A stretch of DNA of 33,732 bases, taken from IMG/VR virus record IMGVR_UViG_2061766007_001539; one strand, 5' to 3'. The position numbers and the translations under genes are program-made. Shown here one piece after another: positions 8,467-16,833 of this stretch. A model generated the notes under the pieces. It was not told where the DNA came from and ran no database searches. It saw only the letters and a list, made by a program, of their open reading frames with translations. This DNA is from an uncultured virus (IMG/VR IMGVR_UViG_2061766007_001539) (taxonomy: Duplodnaviria > Heunggongvirae > Uroviricota > Caudoviricetes). The number at the start of each line of letters is the position of its first letter. Positions within the stretch are counted from its first letter, which is position 1.

Positions 8467-8729
8467 TCTTTGTCACCTCCGAAAAGTAACTCAGCAAGGA
8501 CATCTTCAATCTCTGTCGTTCTGTCTTCTGTTGCCCAAAGTTCTCTTACATATTCATAGATTTCTTTTTTGATTTTAAGGTAGTCATACTGATAAAGCTT
8601 TTCTGTTCTACCTTGTTCATCTTTTCTTTCTATCTCAGTCATGTTCTTATATAAGTAAACATATACTTCAGATGATGTGTCGTCTATTGCTGGTAGTATT
8701 TCTGTACTTTCGCACTTTTTCCAGTCCAT
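8463..8729 (-). CDS. Hypothetical protein, possibly tail-fibre-associated
   Basis: 88-aa ORF starting 2 nt after the RT stop with RBS GAGGAGG; C-terminal EDVLAEL helix. Confidence 0.7.
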   Translation of the reverse strand: MDWKKCESTEILPAIDDTSSEVYVYLYKNMTEIERKDEQGRTEKLYQYDYLKIKKEIYEYVRELWATEDRTTEIEDVLAELLFGGDKE

Positions 8730-8731
8730 CG

Positions 8732-9790
8732 TTAATCCCTCCTCTTGGAATCTTCAGATATAATTCTTTTAAGATCATCAAAATTTATATATGGGTCGAT
8801 GTATCTTTGCATAAAGTAATAAGAATCCGTGTGTTTTATCCAGCCGTAATAAGCCATCATTCTTCTTGCATCTTCTACGGATATTGTTTCTTGATTGCCA
8901 AGTTTACGGGCTAAAACCATAGCTTTTCTCGCTATGGATCTTCTCATAGTTGTATGATCTCGGTAAAATCTGAATCCCATAAAATCAACAAATCGTCCTT
9001 TATGGTCTTTCGTGTCAAATCTGAATATCTGCCAGTTATCTTTAAACCAAACATGAAGATTTTCCTGTAGATATTGCAGCATACGTTCTCTATCTTTATG
9101 CAGTTCTTTCTTGTTAGAACCGAAAATAACCATATCGTCCATGTAACGCATATAGTATTTCACATTGAGATCTTCTTTCACAAAATGATCAAAGTCTTGC
9201 AGATAGAAGTTAGCAAACCATTGTGATGTATAAAATCCTAAAGGTAAGCCTTTATCAGATGTACGTATAATCTTTATAAGTAAATCCATGAACTTTTTAT
9301 CATCAATGATTTTTTCCAATTTAGCGATTAGAATATCTTGGTCAATGTTTTCAAAGAATTTTCTTATATCAAATTTACCACAGTACTTAATATGCCTACC
9401 ACCTTCTTCAATCCATTTCATCATGCGAAACGCTCCATTGTGACAACCTCTATCCGGGATAGAAGCGTAAGAATGCTCGTACATGCCTTTCATGAAGATA
9501 GGTTTCAAAACTAACATAACACAGTGTTGTACTATATGCTCTTCTACGGTTGGAACGATAATTTCACGTTGCTTTTCACCATCTATAATGATTTTGGTTT
9601 CGTGATTAACCGGAGAATAATTCTCCAGAACGTTACGTATTTTCGGGATTTCTGATTCGATATTTGTGTCAATCCTAAGTAGGGTCATCTTTTTCTCGCC
9701 TTTTACAGAACCGTGAGAAGCTTTATGTACAGCTTCTCGTATATTCTCGTCAGAAATCAATTCTTCCCATAAATATTTATATGTTTTCAT
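8732..9790 (-). CDS. DGR reverse transcriptase
   Basis: 352 aa; KFDIRKFF, GLPLGFYTSQ (DGR-type GxxxSQ), RYMDD, DFMGF; no maturase or endonuclease extension; TR immediately upstream. Confidence 0.95.
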   Translation of the reverse strand: MKTYKYLWEELISDENIREAVHKASHGSVKGEKKMTLLRIDTNIESEIPKIRNVLENYSPVNHETKIIIDGEKQREIIVPTVEEHIVQHCVMLVLKPIFMKGMYEHSYASIPDRGCHNGAFRMMKWIEEGGRHIKYCGKFDIRKFFENIDQDILIAKLEKIIDDKKFMDLLIKIIRTSDKGLPLGFYTSQWFANFYLQDFDHFVKEDLNVKYYMRYMDDMVIFGSNKKELHKDRERMLQYLQENLHVWFKDNWQIFRFDTKDHKGRFVDFMGFRFYRDHTTMRRSIARKAMVLARKLGNQETISVEDARRMMAYYGWIKHTDSYYFMQRYIDPYINFDDLKRIISEDSKRRD

Positions 9791-9964
9791 TTATTCTCTC
9801 TTATCCTTTCTTGACCGCTTTCTTATTTATCTCTATAGAGCAGGTGCGTAACGCACCCCACCCTAAAATATAGAAATATCAATTACTAACAGTCGTATGT
9901 CGAAAGCAAATTTCACCAAGGGGTGAGGACTTAACGAAGCGTATATGATATAAAGCTTTTGTTA

Positions 9965-10076
9965 AGGATTAGTTAGCGAGCCCTCGATATTCCAATTGGA
10001 ATTAGAAGCGGAATTGTTCAGATTGACATAGAAACCACAATTAGCGTCATTGTCAGAATTGCCACCTACATAGGCT
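9965..10076 (-). repeat. DGR template repeat (TR); ends approximate
   Basis: No start codon, but reads AYVGGNSDNDANCGFYVNLNNSASNSNWNIEGSLTN with 10 AAY codons; the 3' end matches the VR remnant with mismatches only at TR adenines. Confidence 0.9.
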
Positions 10077-10155
10077 GTGCTTCGATAAACCCTGTTAATT
10101 TTATTATATGTGTTGTAAGCAATTTAACTTTTATTATTACTGATTTGCGGATTTA

Positions 10156-10211
10156 TTGGAGACAACTACGTTTTCTCCAAACCTCTTTCCTTAAGCAAAC
10201 CTACGGTTTGC
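10156..10211 (-). other. Tandem hairpins downstream of VR (candidate DGR homing elements)
   Basis: GCAAACC-GTA-GGTTTGC (10195-10211) and TTGGAGAAAAC-GTA-GTTGTCTCCAA (10156-10180). Confidence 0.7.
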
Positions 10212-10232
10212 AAGAGAGCGAGCCCCCGATAT
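10201..10232 (-). repeat. 3' remnant of the DGR variable repeat / target-gene C-terminus (IGGSLSCKP*)
   Basis: ATATCGGGGGCTCGCTCTCTTG versus TR ATATCGAGGGCTCGCTAACTAA; the rest is lost in the gap. Confidence 0.85.
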
Positions 10233-10348
10233 NNNNNNNNNNTTAATTACTCCTTTTGTGGTAAGATTTATATAACCGTCGCGCGCCGGTTGTATACTGC
10301 TAAGATGTTAGTAAGTTGAAAAGTTTGTTTAAAAGGCAGAAGTTTCTT

Positions 10349-10576
10349 TTATTTTTTAAAGTATCCTTGTATCATTTGCATAAACTGCGGATTACTCTGC
10401 AGTTGCCTTGCCTGCATTGCCGCATTATTATACTGTTGCTGTGAAATACCGCCGGAATTCATCATATACTGGATCATGTCCTGCGGTGATCGCATCGCAC
10501 TCTGAGGCGGCATCTGCATACCGCGGGACTGGAAAAATCCCGCCGGATTCTGCATAAACTGCATGAAAGCCTGCAT
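10349..10576 (-). CDS. Variant copy of the Gln/Met-rich protein (a matching MMNPNN start lies at 11584-11601)
   Basis: High similarity to 2069-2314. Confidence 0.75.
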   Translation of the reverse strand: MQAFMQFMQNPAGFFQSRGMQMPPQSAMRSPQDMIQYMMNSGGISQQQYNNAAMQARQLQSNPQFMQMIQGYFKK

Positions 10577-10677
10577 NNNNNNNNNNNNNNNNNNNNNNNN
10601 NNNNNNNNNNNNNNNNNNNNNNNNNNNNNNNNNNNNNNNNNNNNNNNNNNNNNNNNNNNNNNNNNNNNNNNNNNNNN

Positions 10678-11008
10678 CCTTCGGCGGCTCGACCGGCTCT
10701 TCCGGCTTTTCCTGCTTTTCCGCTGTAATAGCATCGTCCTCAAATACGATCCGTGCTTTTCGGAATATAGGCTGGTCAAGCTGTGAATAACCCATTGTTT
10801 TTTCATATAAATACGGGCCGTTTTCGTCCCTCATGGTTACCGTATAACCAGGTGCGACAGGATAACGCCGCGCTTCATCCTCGTTCGCCACCGACACAAT
10901 GCCGCCGCTTCTGATCTGCTGCGGAGCCGGCTGCTGCTGTTGTCCCGCCGTGTACATGTTCTGCATCTGCGGATAATAGGAAGGATAAGAATACTGCGGA
11001 TAGATCAT
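10678..11008 (-). CDS. Tyr/Gln/Pro-rich hypothetical protein, N-terminal part (C-terminus probably 11598-11687)
   Basis: MIYPQYSYP...EARRYPVAPG; RBS AAGGAGG; ATGA overlap. Confidence 0.75.
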
Positions 11009-11391
11009 GCCTTATCCTCCTTAAGCGTAAAGTAATAGCTCGGTACAAGGCTTCCTGAATCCCATGTGTCGAAGTAATTACCGTCCTGCGCAGTGACTAC
11101 ATGAGAGCCGGTTGCAATGATAAACGTTCCGATCGGATGATCATCCACAAAGTCAGCGATAGTATAACAGTCCGGGCATGTGTCCGGCAGAACGTGCATT
11201 TCAAAGCCGTGTTCTTTCAGATACTTTTCCCACACAGCGTTAGTATCTCCCCACATAGCCTTTTCAAGGCCCTTAACTGTGAGTTCCATGTACACTTTCT
11301 CCCAGTCCTTATCAAACGCCTTACAGATGGCCCTGATAACACAGTCGCCTGTATTGATCCCTCTCGGATTTGGATTGTATTCTATAAACAT
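11005..11391 (-). CDS. Hypothetical protein with papain-like Cys/His/Asp pattern
   Basis: YNPNP...GDCVIRAI...HVVTAQDG...DTWDSG; likely start MFIEY. Peptidase function is inferred. Confidence 0.7.
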   Translation of the reverse strand: MFIEYNPNPRGINTGDCVIRAICKAFDKDWEKVYMELTVKGLEKAMWGDTNAVWEKYLKEHGFEMHVLPDTCPDCYTIADFVDDHPIGTFIIATGSHVVTAQDGNYFDTWDSGSLVPSYYFTLKEDKA

Positions 11392-11508
11392 AATCGCACC
11401 GCCTTTCGTTACCTCCATTATGGCAAAAAAATAACCCGTTCACAAGGATGTGAACAGGCTATTTTCGGGGTTTTTGGAGGGTGTTTTCAGTCAATTTTCA
11501 GGCTAATT

Positions 11509-11573
11509 TCAGGTTATTTTTAACCGCTCGTTCATCAGTTTTCTGACAAGTGAGCGAACATACCGCGGAGACA
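11509..11573 (-). CDS. C-terminal fragment of the sigma-region-4-like HTH protein (N-terminus at 13308-13444)
   Basis: SPRYVRSLVRKLMNERLKIT* completes the HTH begun by GLTYEKIAEIY. Confidence 0.65.
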
Positions 11574-11697
11574 NNNNNNNNNNGTTATTCGGGTTCATCA
11601 TGACGCATCCTCCTCTTTAAGTGACTCGATCCAGTCACGCATCTTTTTAAATTCCAATGCCACCGCGTCCCTGAGCGCTTCGAGCTGNNNNNNNNNN

Positions 11698-12878
11698 CAG
11701 TAATATGTGGATGATGATCCTGAGAAAGTAGTTCCTTTATAACCCATTACATTATCCGCTGTCATCTTAGTCACATAACCACCGTTGTTTGCAGGAGCAC
11801 CAAAATTAAGATATCCAGTACCTGTAGTGTTGTAATCTGAAGCTGTACTTCCATCATATGTGCCACGTGTCATCTTAACCATGATTGATGATGTGGTAGT
11901 TAATAATCCAGCAATACGTTTATATCTTAAACCCCAGAAGTTTTCAATTCCAAGCGTTTTAACTGCTGTATTTTGTCCGGAAGTATCACCGTAAAACAGA
12001 CCCTTATCATTCAAAGAACCCGTGGTATAAGCTCTTTTGGCTGATGAAGATCCAGTTGTTATGCCTTGACCATAGGTGCCTTGTAAGTCTAAAGATTTAC
12101 CCATTAGATACAATAAATCATATACTAAACACCAGTCAGCCCATACACCAGTATACCAACCCGCTGATGCCCCATTTGCAACTGCTGTTGATACTTCAGT
12201 TGATACTGTAGTGTCTTCCGGTGCATTAGTTGAAGTCAAAGTAACACCTGAAAGAGAACGAGTCTTGCTCGACTTTACACAAATATCATAAGCCGCCATG
12301 TAGAAATGATCTATCTCTTGATTAGATGCATTTACGTTAGAAAAACATTTGTAGTTTCCATCTACATTTGTTTGTGCTATATATACAGTACGTTCACCAT
12401 TTAATGAACCGGGAACACGTTTAATGTATATTTTTGGGAATTCCATCATAACGTTTCCGTCATAGTTCTGATTGGCTATGTCAGATGCTGTTCCATCAGC
12501 TTTTTTACTGTAATCATTGGGATCTAAATAATAGTCAACCGTTCCATCTGATTTAAGCATACACGGTTTAGGAAGAAACCACGCATTTTCCCATGACCCA
12601 TAACTAAATGTGGATGAACCCATCTTAGCCGGAGTCATACCAACTGCATCTTCAACATATGTTACCGCAGCAGATGGGTCTGATTCTGATGGATTAACAT
12701 GATACCCATAGATCGTTGGTGCAGGCGGTGGAGTTGGGATTGTCAATATATCCGCAGGAAACTCCTCAAACCCATCACCAGAATTTACAGTACCACCCTT
12801 AGCAGTAATAGCGTCAGCGATATCAGATTTAGCAGTTACAAGTCGCTGTAAGTTTGTTGCTATTGTATTATTTGGCAT
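11698..12878 (-). CDS. DGR target: putative tail-fibre/receptor-binding protein with CLec/FGE-like C-terminal domain; VR missing in gap
   Basis: Tail-like N-terminus; VMMEFPK, GIENFWG, GSSSTYY(C/W), then an N-run where the VR should start. The ORF-track tail beyond the gap belongs to another gene. Confidence 0.85.
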
Positions 12879-12879
12879 A

Positions 12880-13297
12880 TCAGAGCACCCCCTCTAAGAC
12901 AGCGTTGATATTGCCTATAATACCCACAACGCTAACTTCGGTTACGTCAGCACTGTCCCAAGCACCGGCACTATGAGCACTGGTAAACTCATACAGTGAA
13001 TTATTGTAAGTGACATAATCACCCACTGAATATGCAGTAGATGTAGAAAATTCTGTATCACAGATCATATCTTCTACCGACAAAATATTTGTTTGGTTCG
13101 CTACTATAGCAGCGTTTACTACTTTATTTTGTACAGGATTAGTAGATGTGGCGCTTAAAGCATCATCTACTATAGTTTTGTTAGCCATAGCTTCAATATT
13201 ACCTAGCTTGTTCTTTTCTTCTGTTGTATAGTCGTTTGATGATAATCCCTTACCGGTTTCTTTATCTACCTTGTTTCCAAGTGCAGTTTTAATCGCA
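12880..13297 (-). CDS. Tail-fibre-like protein, C-terminal fragment, with CBM5/12-like motif
   Basis: KVDKETGKGLSSNDYTTEEKNKL motif; FSTSTAYSVGDYVTYNNSLY. Confidence 0.7.
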
Positions 13298-13307
13298 NNN
13301 NNNNNNN

Positions 13308-13444
13308 TATATCTCAGCGATTTTTTCATAAGTGAGTCCGTCAATGAGCTTAAGCTTCATGATCTGACGGTCACGTTCGGAGTGGATGTGTTCGCCGATA
13401 AGCTCGGCAAGTTCAGAGTTCGTTAGTTGGATGTAATGCTGCAT
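13308..13444 (-). CDS. Small sigma-70 region 4-like HTH protein, N-terminal part
   Basis: Translated by hand: MQHYIQLTNSELAELIGEHIHSERDRQIMKLKLIDGLTYEKIAEIY; RBS AAGGGGTG. Confidence 0.7.
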
Positions 13445-13554
13445 ATGTTGGACACCCCTTTTTATTATTCAATTGTCATGGTTGATTGACCTATTTATTA
13501 GGTTATTTATAGTTTAAATGATAATCAGTGTATCATGCAACACCATCTTTACAT

Positions 13555-13632
13555 AAAAAAAGAAAAAGGCCAGCATATAAATGCCGACCTTCTTCTATTA
13601 CAAGGAGACTCTAATTGACAGATAAGAGTCCG
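13555..13632 (-). ncRNA. Candidate ~80-nt small RNA
   Basis: Promoter TTGACA-N17-TAGACT (13666-13638), GACTCT/AGAGTC stem, terminator AGGTCGGCAT/ATGCTGGCCT plus U-tract; no convincing ORF. Confidence 0.5.
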
Positions 13633-13672
13633 TTAACAGTCTATCATAGATGATCTGTGATGTCAAGAGCCT

Positions 13673-13690
13673 ACCAAATAAGATTTTGGT
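13673..13690. repeat. 18-bp quasi-palindromic motif, copy 5 (more divergent)
   Basis: Minus strand ACCAAAATCTTATTTGGT, 6 nt upstream of a -35 box. Confidence 0.5.
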
Positions 13691-13719
13691 AAAGCATTTC
13701 TTTATTTCAATGTGAATGA

Positions 13720-16260
13720 TTATCTTGCTTCACCATAAAGTTTGTTAAAATATGAAGGGTTGCTTTCTCCAACTTCATTAATACAGCGCACTATTTCCGA
13801 TGCAATACGCATATATCCAACCCTTCCATAATGTAATAATTTATCATATGGCTGATTGATCATCCTCTCTGCATAAGTGAGAATTTTAGATTTGTCTAAT
13901 CTGAGTACAGGTAAAGAGTAATGTTCTCCAAGTCCAACTATCTGTGATGTAAAATTAGGTCTGTTGTCTCTGTTTACTGTCCAACCGGATGTACAAAGGA
14001 ATATTGAAGCTTGTGGGTTAGCTTCAATTATCATTTCAATTATTTTGCAATAATAACCCATCATAGATTCTTCTGAACTATCGTAATTTCCATCTACTCC
14101 ACCATTTGTTCCGAGGAAAATAATGAACGCATCATAATTCATCCAGTTTGTCTGTTCTTCTGTGAAAGTGCTGCTGTATCTTTCATACCATGTCTTTGTA
14201 GACTGTCCGCCCATTCCAAGGTTCTGCACATCTGCATCTATGAGTTTGGCTAAAAAAGCAGGATAACAGTACTCAGGGAAAATACCATACTCTGTGGTAC
14301 CATCAGAACCATATTCACCTTGTGTTAAACTGTCACCTATACAGCACACTTTTCTAAATATATGTGCAAATGACACGTTATCCAAACAAGCTTCTTCCAT
14401 GTTCTTTGATATATCAAGATTTGGCATTGTAATAGTGTTGTACTTAGAACCAACTCTAAATTCTGCGTTTTTTAATATTACAAAGTCTTCTGCATACTTA
14501 AAGTTAATATATGCCTTATTAACATTCGGCGGAACAATCACTTCAATATAATCCGAATACTTTGTCTGAATATTCTGGAAAGCTACAACAAAGGTATCTC
14601 CATTAAAGAAAACACCATTCTGACCATCTAAAGCTGATGTTTCAAAGCTCCATCTAAGAACATCACCTGCATTAACATCAACTGCTGTATAATGATATGT
14701 AGAGCTTGATGAGATATTACCATAATTATTATAATATCCGTCGCCATATGTTGTTCCATCAAAAATATTCCCCTGTTCTATCTGTTTAGATATATCAAGA
14801 TTAGGGATCGTAGTCACGCCATACTCTGCATCTGCCCTGAAATCAGAGTTTTTAATTATAACAAATGATTCCGGATCTTTAAAGTTTACATATGCCTTAG
14901 TGACATTTGCCGGAACAACCACTTCAATATAAGTCGTATGTGTTGTCTGAATGTTTTGAAAAGCTACGGCAAAAGTGTTGCCATTAAAGAAAACACCATT
15001 TTGATTATTTAATGCAGCAGTTTCATAATTCCATTTGAGAACATCGCCTTCTTTAACTGCAACCTCTGCATAATGATATGTAGCACTTGGAACTAAAGTT
15101 CCTAAATTGCTGTAATATCCATCACCATATGTAATACCGTCAAAGATATTTCCTGTTTCTATTTCTTTAGACAAATAACTATAGCGATTAGTAACACTAT
15201 TTACCTGCTCTCTCACCGCATCACCCGCACTGCTTGCCGTTGTTCCGTCAGCTTTTGTACGAATATCAGTAAGCTCTGCGTCAGCTGTTGTACTTCCGTC
15301 CGGTAAAGCAATGATATTATCAATACGTGCTGTCTGCGTTGCAATATCAGTTTCGGCATCTGATACACGTTCCGTTAATGCAACCAAACTACTGTTTTGT
15401 TCGTCAAGTGCTGCCTTGATGACACTGTTCTGCACTGGATTTGGACTTGACGCGCTTAATGCGTTATCAACTACCGTCTTATTCGCCTGTGCTTCGATAC
15501 CGGCGAGTTTGTTTTTCTCTTCTGTTGTATAATCATTGGTACTAAGTCCCTTGCCTGTTTCTTTATCGACCTTACCGGCAAGTCCGCTTGTTACGTCTGA
15601 ACTGTTGGCTTTCGCGTTAAGAGCCGTCTGGAGTCCTTCGACGTTCTCGATCTTTGTTGCAGGATAAATGTTATTTACATTGCCGTTCTCATCTTTGATA
15701 TGAACGAGAGCATTTATGTCCTGTGCTGCCATATCATTTTCCTCCTCTATATATTCTATGTTCCTATTCCATGTCGAATCAGAAATAGTGCTTTCTCCGC
15801 TAATACTTAATTCAAGAAGATCTCTGAGAATATATGTTGCATCTGTCTGAATAAACTTTGTGCCATTGTCAGAATTATCAACGTCTCCGTTGCGGTGTGA
15901 CATTTCAATATAGGTTTCAGGGTATTTCTGCTTTCCTTCTTCACTGATAAGATCATCAAGGACAGACTCGCCGCTCACTGAAACCGAAAGTGCTTCTCTG
16001 AGTATAATTGTGGCATCAATCTGAGTAACCTTTCCGTCAAGATTGACGTCACCTCTGAGATAATCCTCATCAACTGGTTCGTCACTTTCTGCCTGGATGG
16101 TTTCTGCATCAACCTCCGGATCCTGCTGATCGTCGTTTGTAACTGAAACCGGCTGTTCTTCTTCTGCTGCAAATATTGTCTGTGCTGATGGTATTGTAAC
16201 GTCTGCCATCATTGCAAAAGCGAGAACACTTGCTGCAATTTTTCTGAATTTTTCTGACAT
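13720..16260 (-). CDS. Signal peptide + dockerin + tail-fibre-like region + two 127-aa repeats + SGNH/GDSL hydrolase
   Basis: MSEKFRKIAASVLAFAMMA; paired Ca-loops GDVNLDGKVTQIDATIILR / GDVDNSDNG...TDATYILR; KVDKETGKGLSTNDYT; GDSLTQG, FLGTN, DKLLH. No gap inside the gene. Confidence 0.85.
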   Translation of the reverse strand: MSEKFRKIAASVLAFAMMADVTIPSAQTIFAAEEEQPVSVTNDDQQDPEVDAETIQAESDEPVDEDYLRGDVNLDGKVTQIDATIILREALSVSVSGESVLDDLISEEGKQKYPETYIEMSHRNGDVDNSDNGTKFIQTDATYILRDLLELSISGESTISDSTWNRNIEYIEEENDMAAQDINALVHIKDENGNVNNIYPATKIENVEGLQTALNAKANSSDVTSGLAGKVDKETGKGLSTNDYTTEEKNKLAGIEAQANKTVVDNALSASSPNPVQNSVIKAALDEQNSSLVALTERVSDAETDIATQTARIDNIIALPDGSTTADAELTDIRTKADGTTASSAGDAVREQVNSVTNRYSYLSKEIETGNIFDGITYGDGYYSNLGTLVPSATYHYAEVAVKEGDVLKWNYETAALNNQNGVFFNGNTFAVAFQNIQTTHTTYIEVVVPANVTKAYVNFKDPESFVIIKNSDFRADAEYGVTTIPNLDISKQIEQGNIFDGTTYGDGYYNNYGNISSSSTYHYTAVDVNAGDVLRWSFETSALDGQNGVFFNGDTFVVAFQNIQTKYSDYIEVIVPPNVNKAYINFKYAEDFVILKNAEFRVGSKYNTITMPNLDISKNMEEACLDNVSFAHIFRKVCCIGDSLTQGEYGSDGTTEYGIFPEYCYPAFLAKLIDADVQNLGMGGQSTKTWYERYSSTFTEEQTNWMNYDAFIIFLGTNGGVDGNYDSSEESMMGYYCKIIEMIIEANPQASIFLCTSGWTVNRDNRPNFTSQIVGLGEHYSLPVLRLDKSKILTYAERMINQPYDKLLHYGRVGYMRIASEIVRCINEVGESNPSYFNKLYGEAR

Positions 16261-16446
16261 TATAAATCCCCCGTTTTTTTGATAAAATTGTTTGTCTATA
16301 AGACAACGCATATTATATATATCGAAAAAAACTCAAAGAATTAAAGCCTGAATTATATCATTTTGCAGCATATATTTTTTATCGACCACAGGCGGCCGGA
16401 GCCGCCCGGTGTCGAATGGTTCTTATTCAGACAAGTTCGTTTTCAA

Positions 16447-16833
16447 TTATGATTCAGAAATCTGGAACCAGATGTCGCCGGCTTTAAGGCCGCTTGGCTG
16501 TGTTGCCTGTACGTATACGTCAGGCTTGTTGTCGAGAGCAGTCTTATCTGTGGAGCTCATAAGGCCTGCAACGCTCTGTGTTGCGTTGCTGTAGTTGCCG
16601 CTGAGGACGCCGTTTGCATCGATTGCGAGGTTTGAGCCTACCTTTACACCGCCGAGTGTGCCGGCTGCAGCAGTTGGAAGGCTGTAGTTGTTAGCGCCTG
16701 CCTCAATGCCTGCGAGCTTTGTCTTCTCTGTGTCNNNNNNNNNNGAGTCGAATACACCTTTTTCATGACATATAGGATATGCCTTTTGTGTAGCGGCTTC
16801 GTCTGAGTAGAGTTGAATTAATTTAGACGCCAT
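16447..16833 (-). CDS. Tail/head-fibre-like protein (gapped, possibly two fragments)
   Basis: YSLPTAAAGTLGGVKVG, ATQSVAGLMSSTDK, GDIWFQ motifs. Confidence 0.65.
   Translation of the reverse strand: MASKLIQLYSDEAATQKAYPICHEKGVFDXXXXDTEKTKLAGIEAGANNYSLPTAAAGTLGGVKVGSNLAIDANGVLSGNYSNATQSVAGLMSSTDKTALDNKPDVYVQATQPSGLKAGDIWFQISES

Noticed and set aside
8732..9790. RT as group II intron, retron or Abi RT
   Set aside because: It has the GxxxSQ motif, no maturase or endonuclease domain and no VTG retron motif, and a TR/VR pair is adjacent.
10349..11008. 219-aa single protein
   Set aside because: Two genes joined through a gap; the second exists separately at 2069-2314.
11598..11687. ORF-track C-terminus (QLEALRDAV...) of the DGR target
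   Set aside because: It lies across a gap and matches 2316-2365, the end of the gene upstream of the QM-rich ORF.
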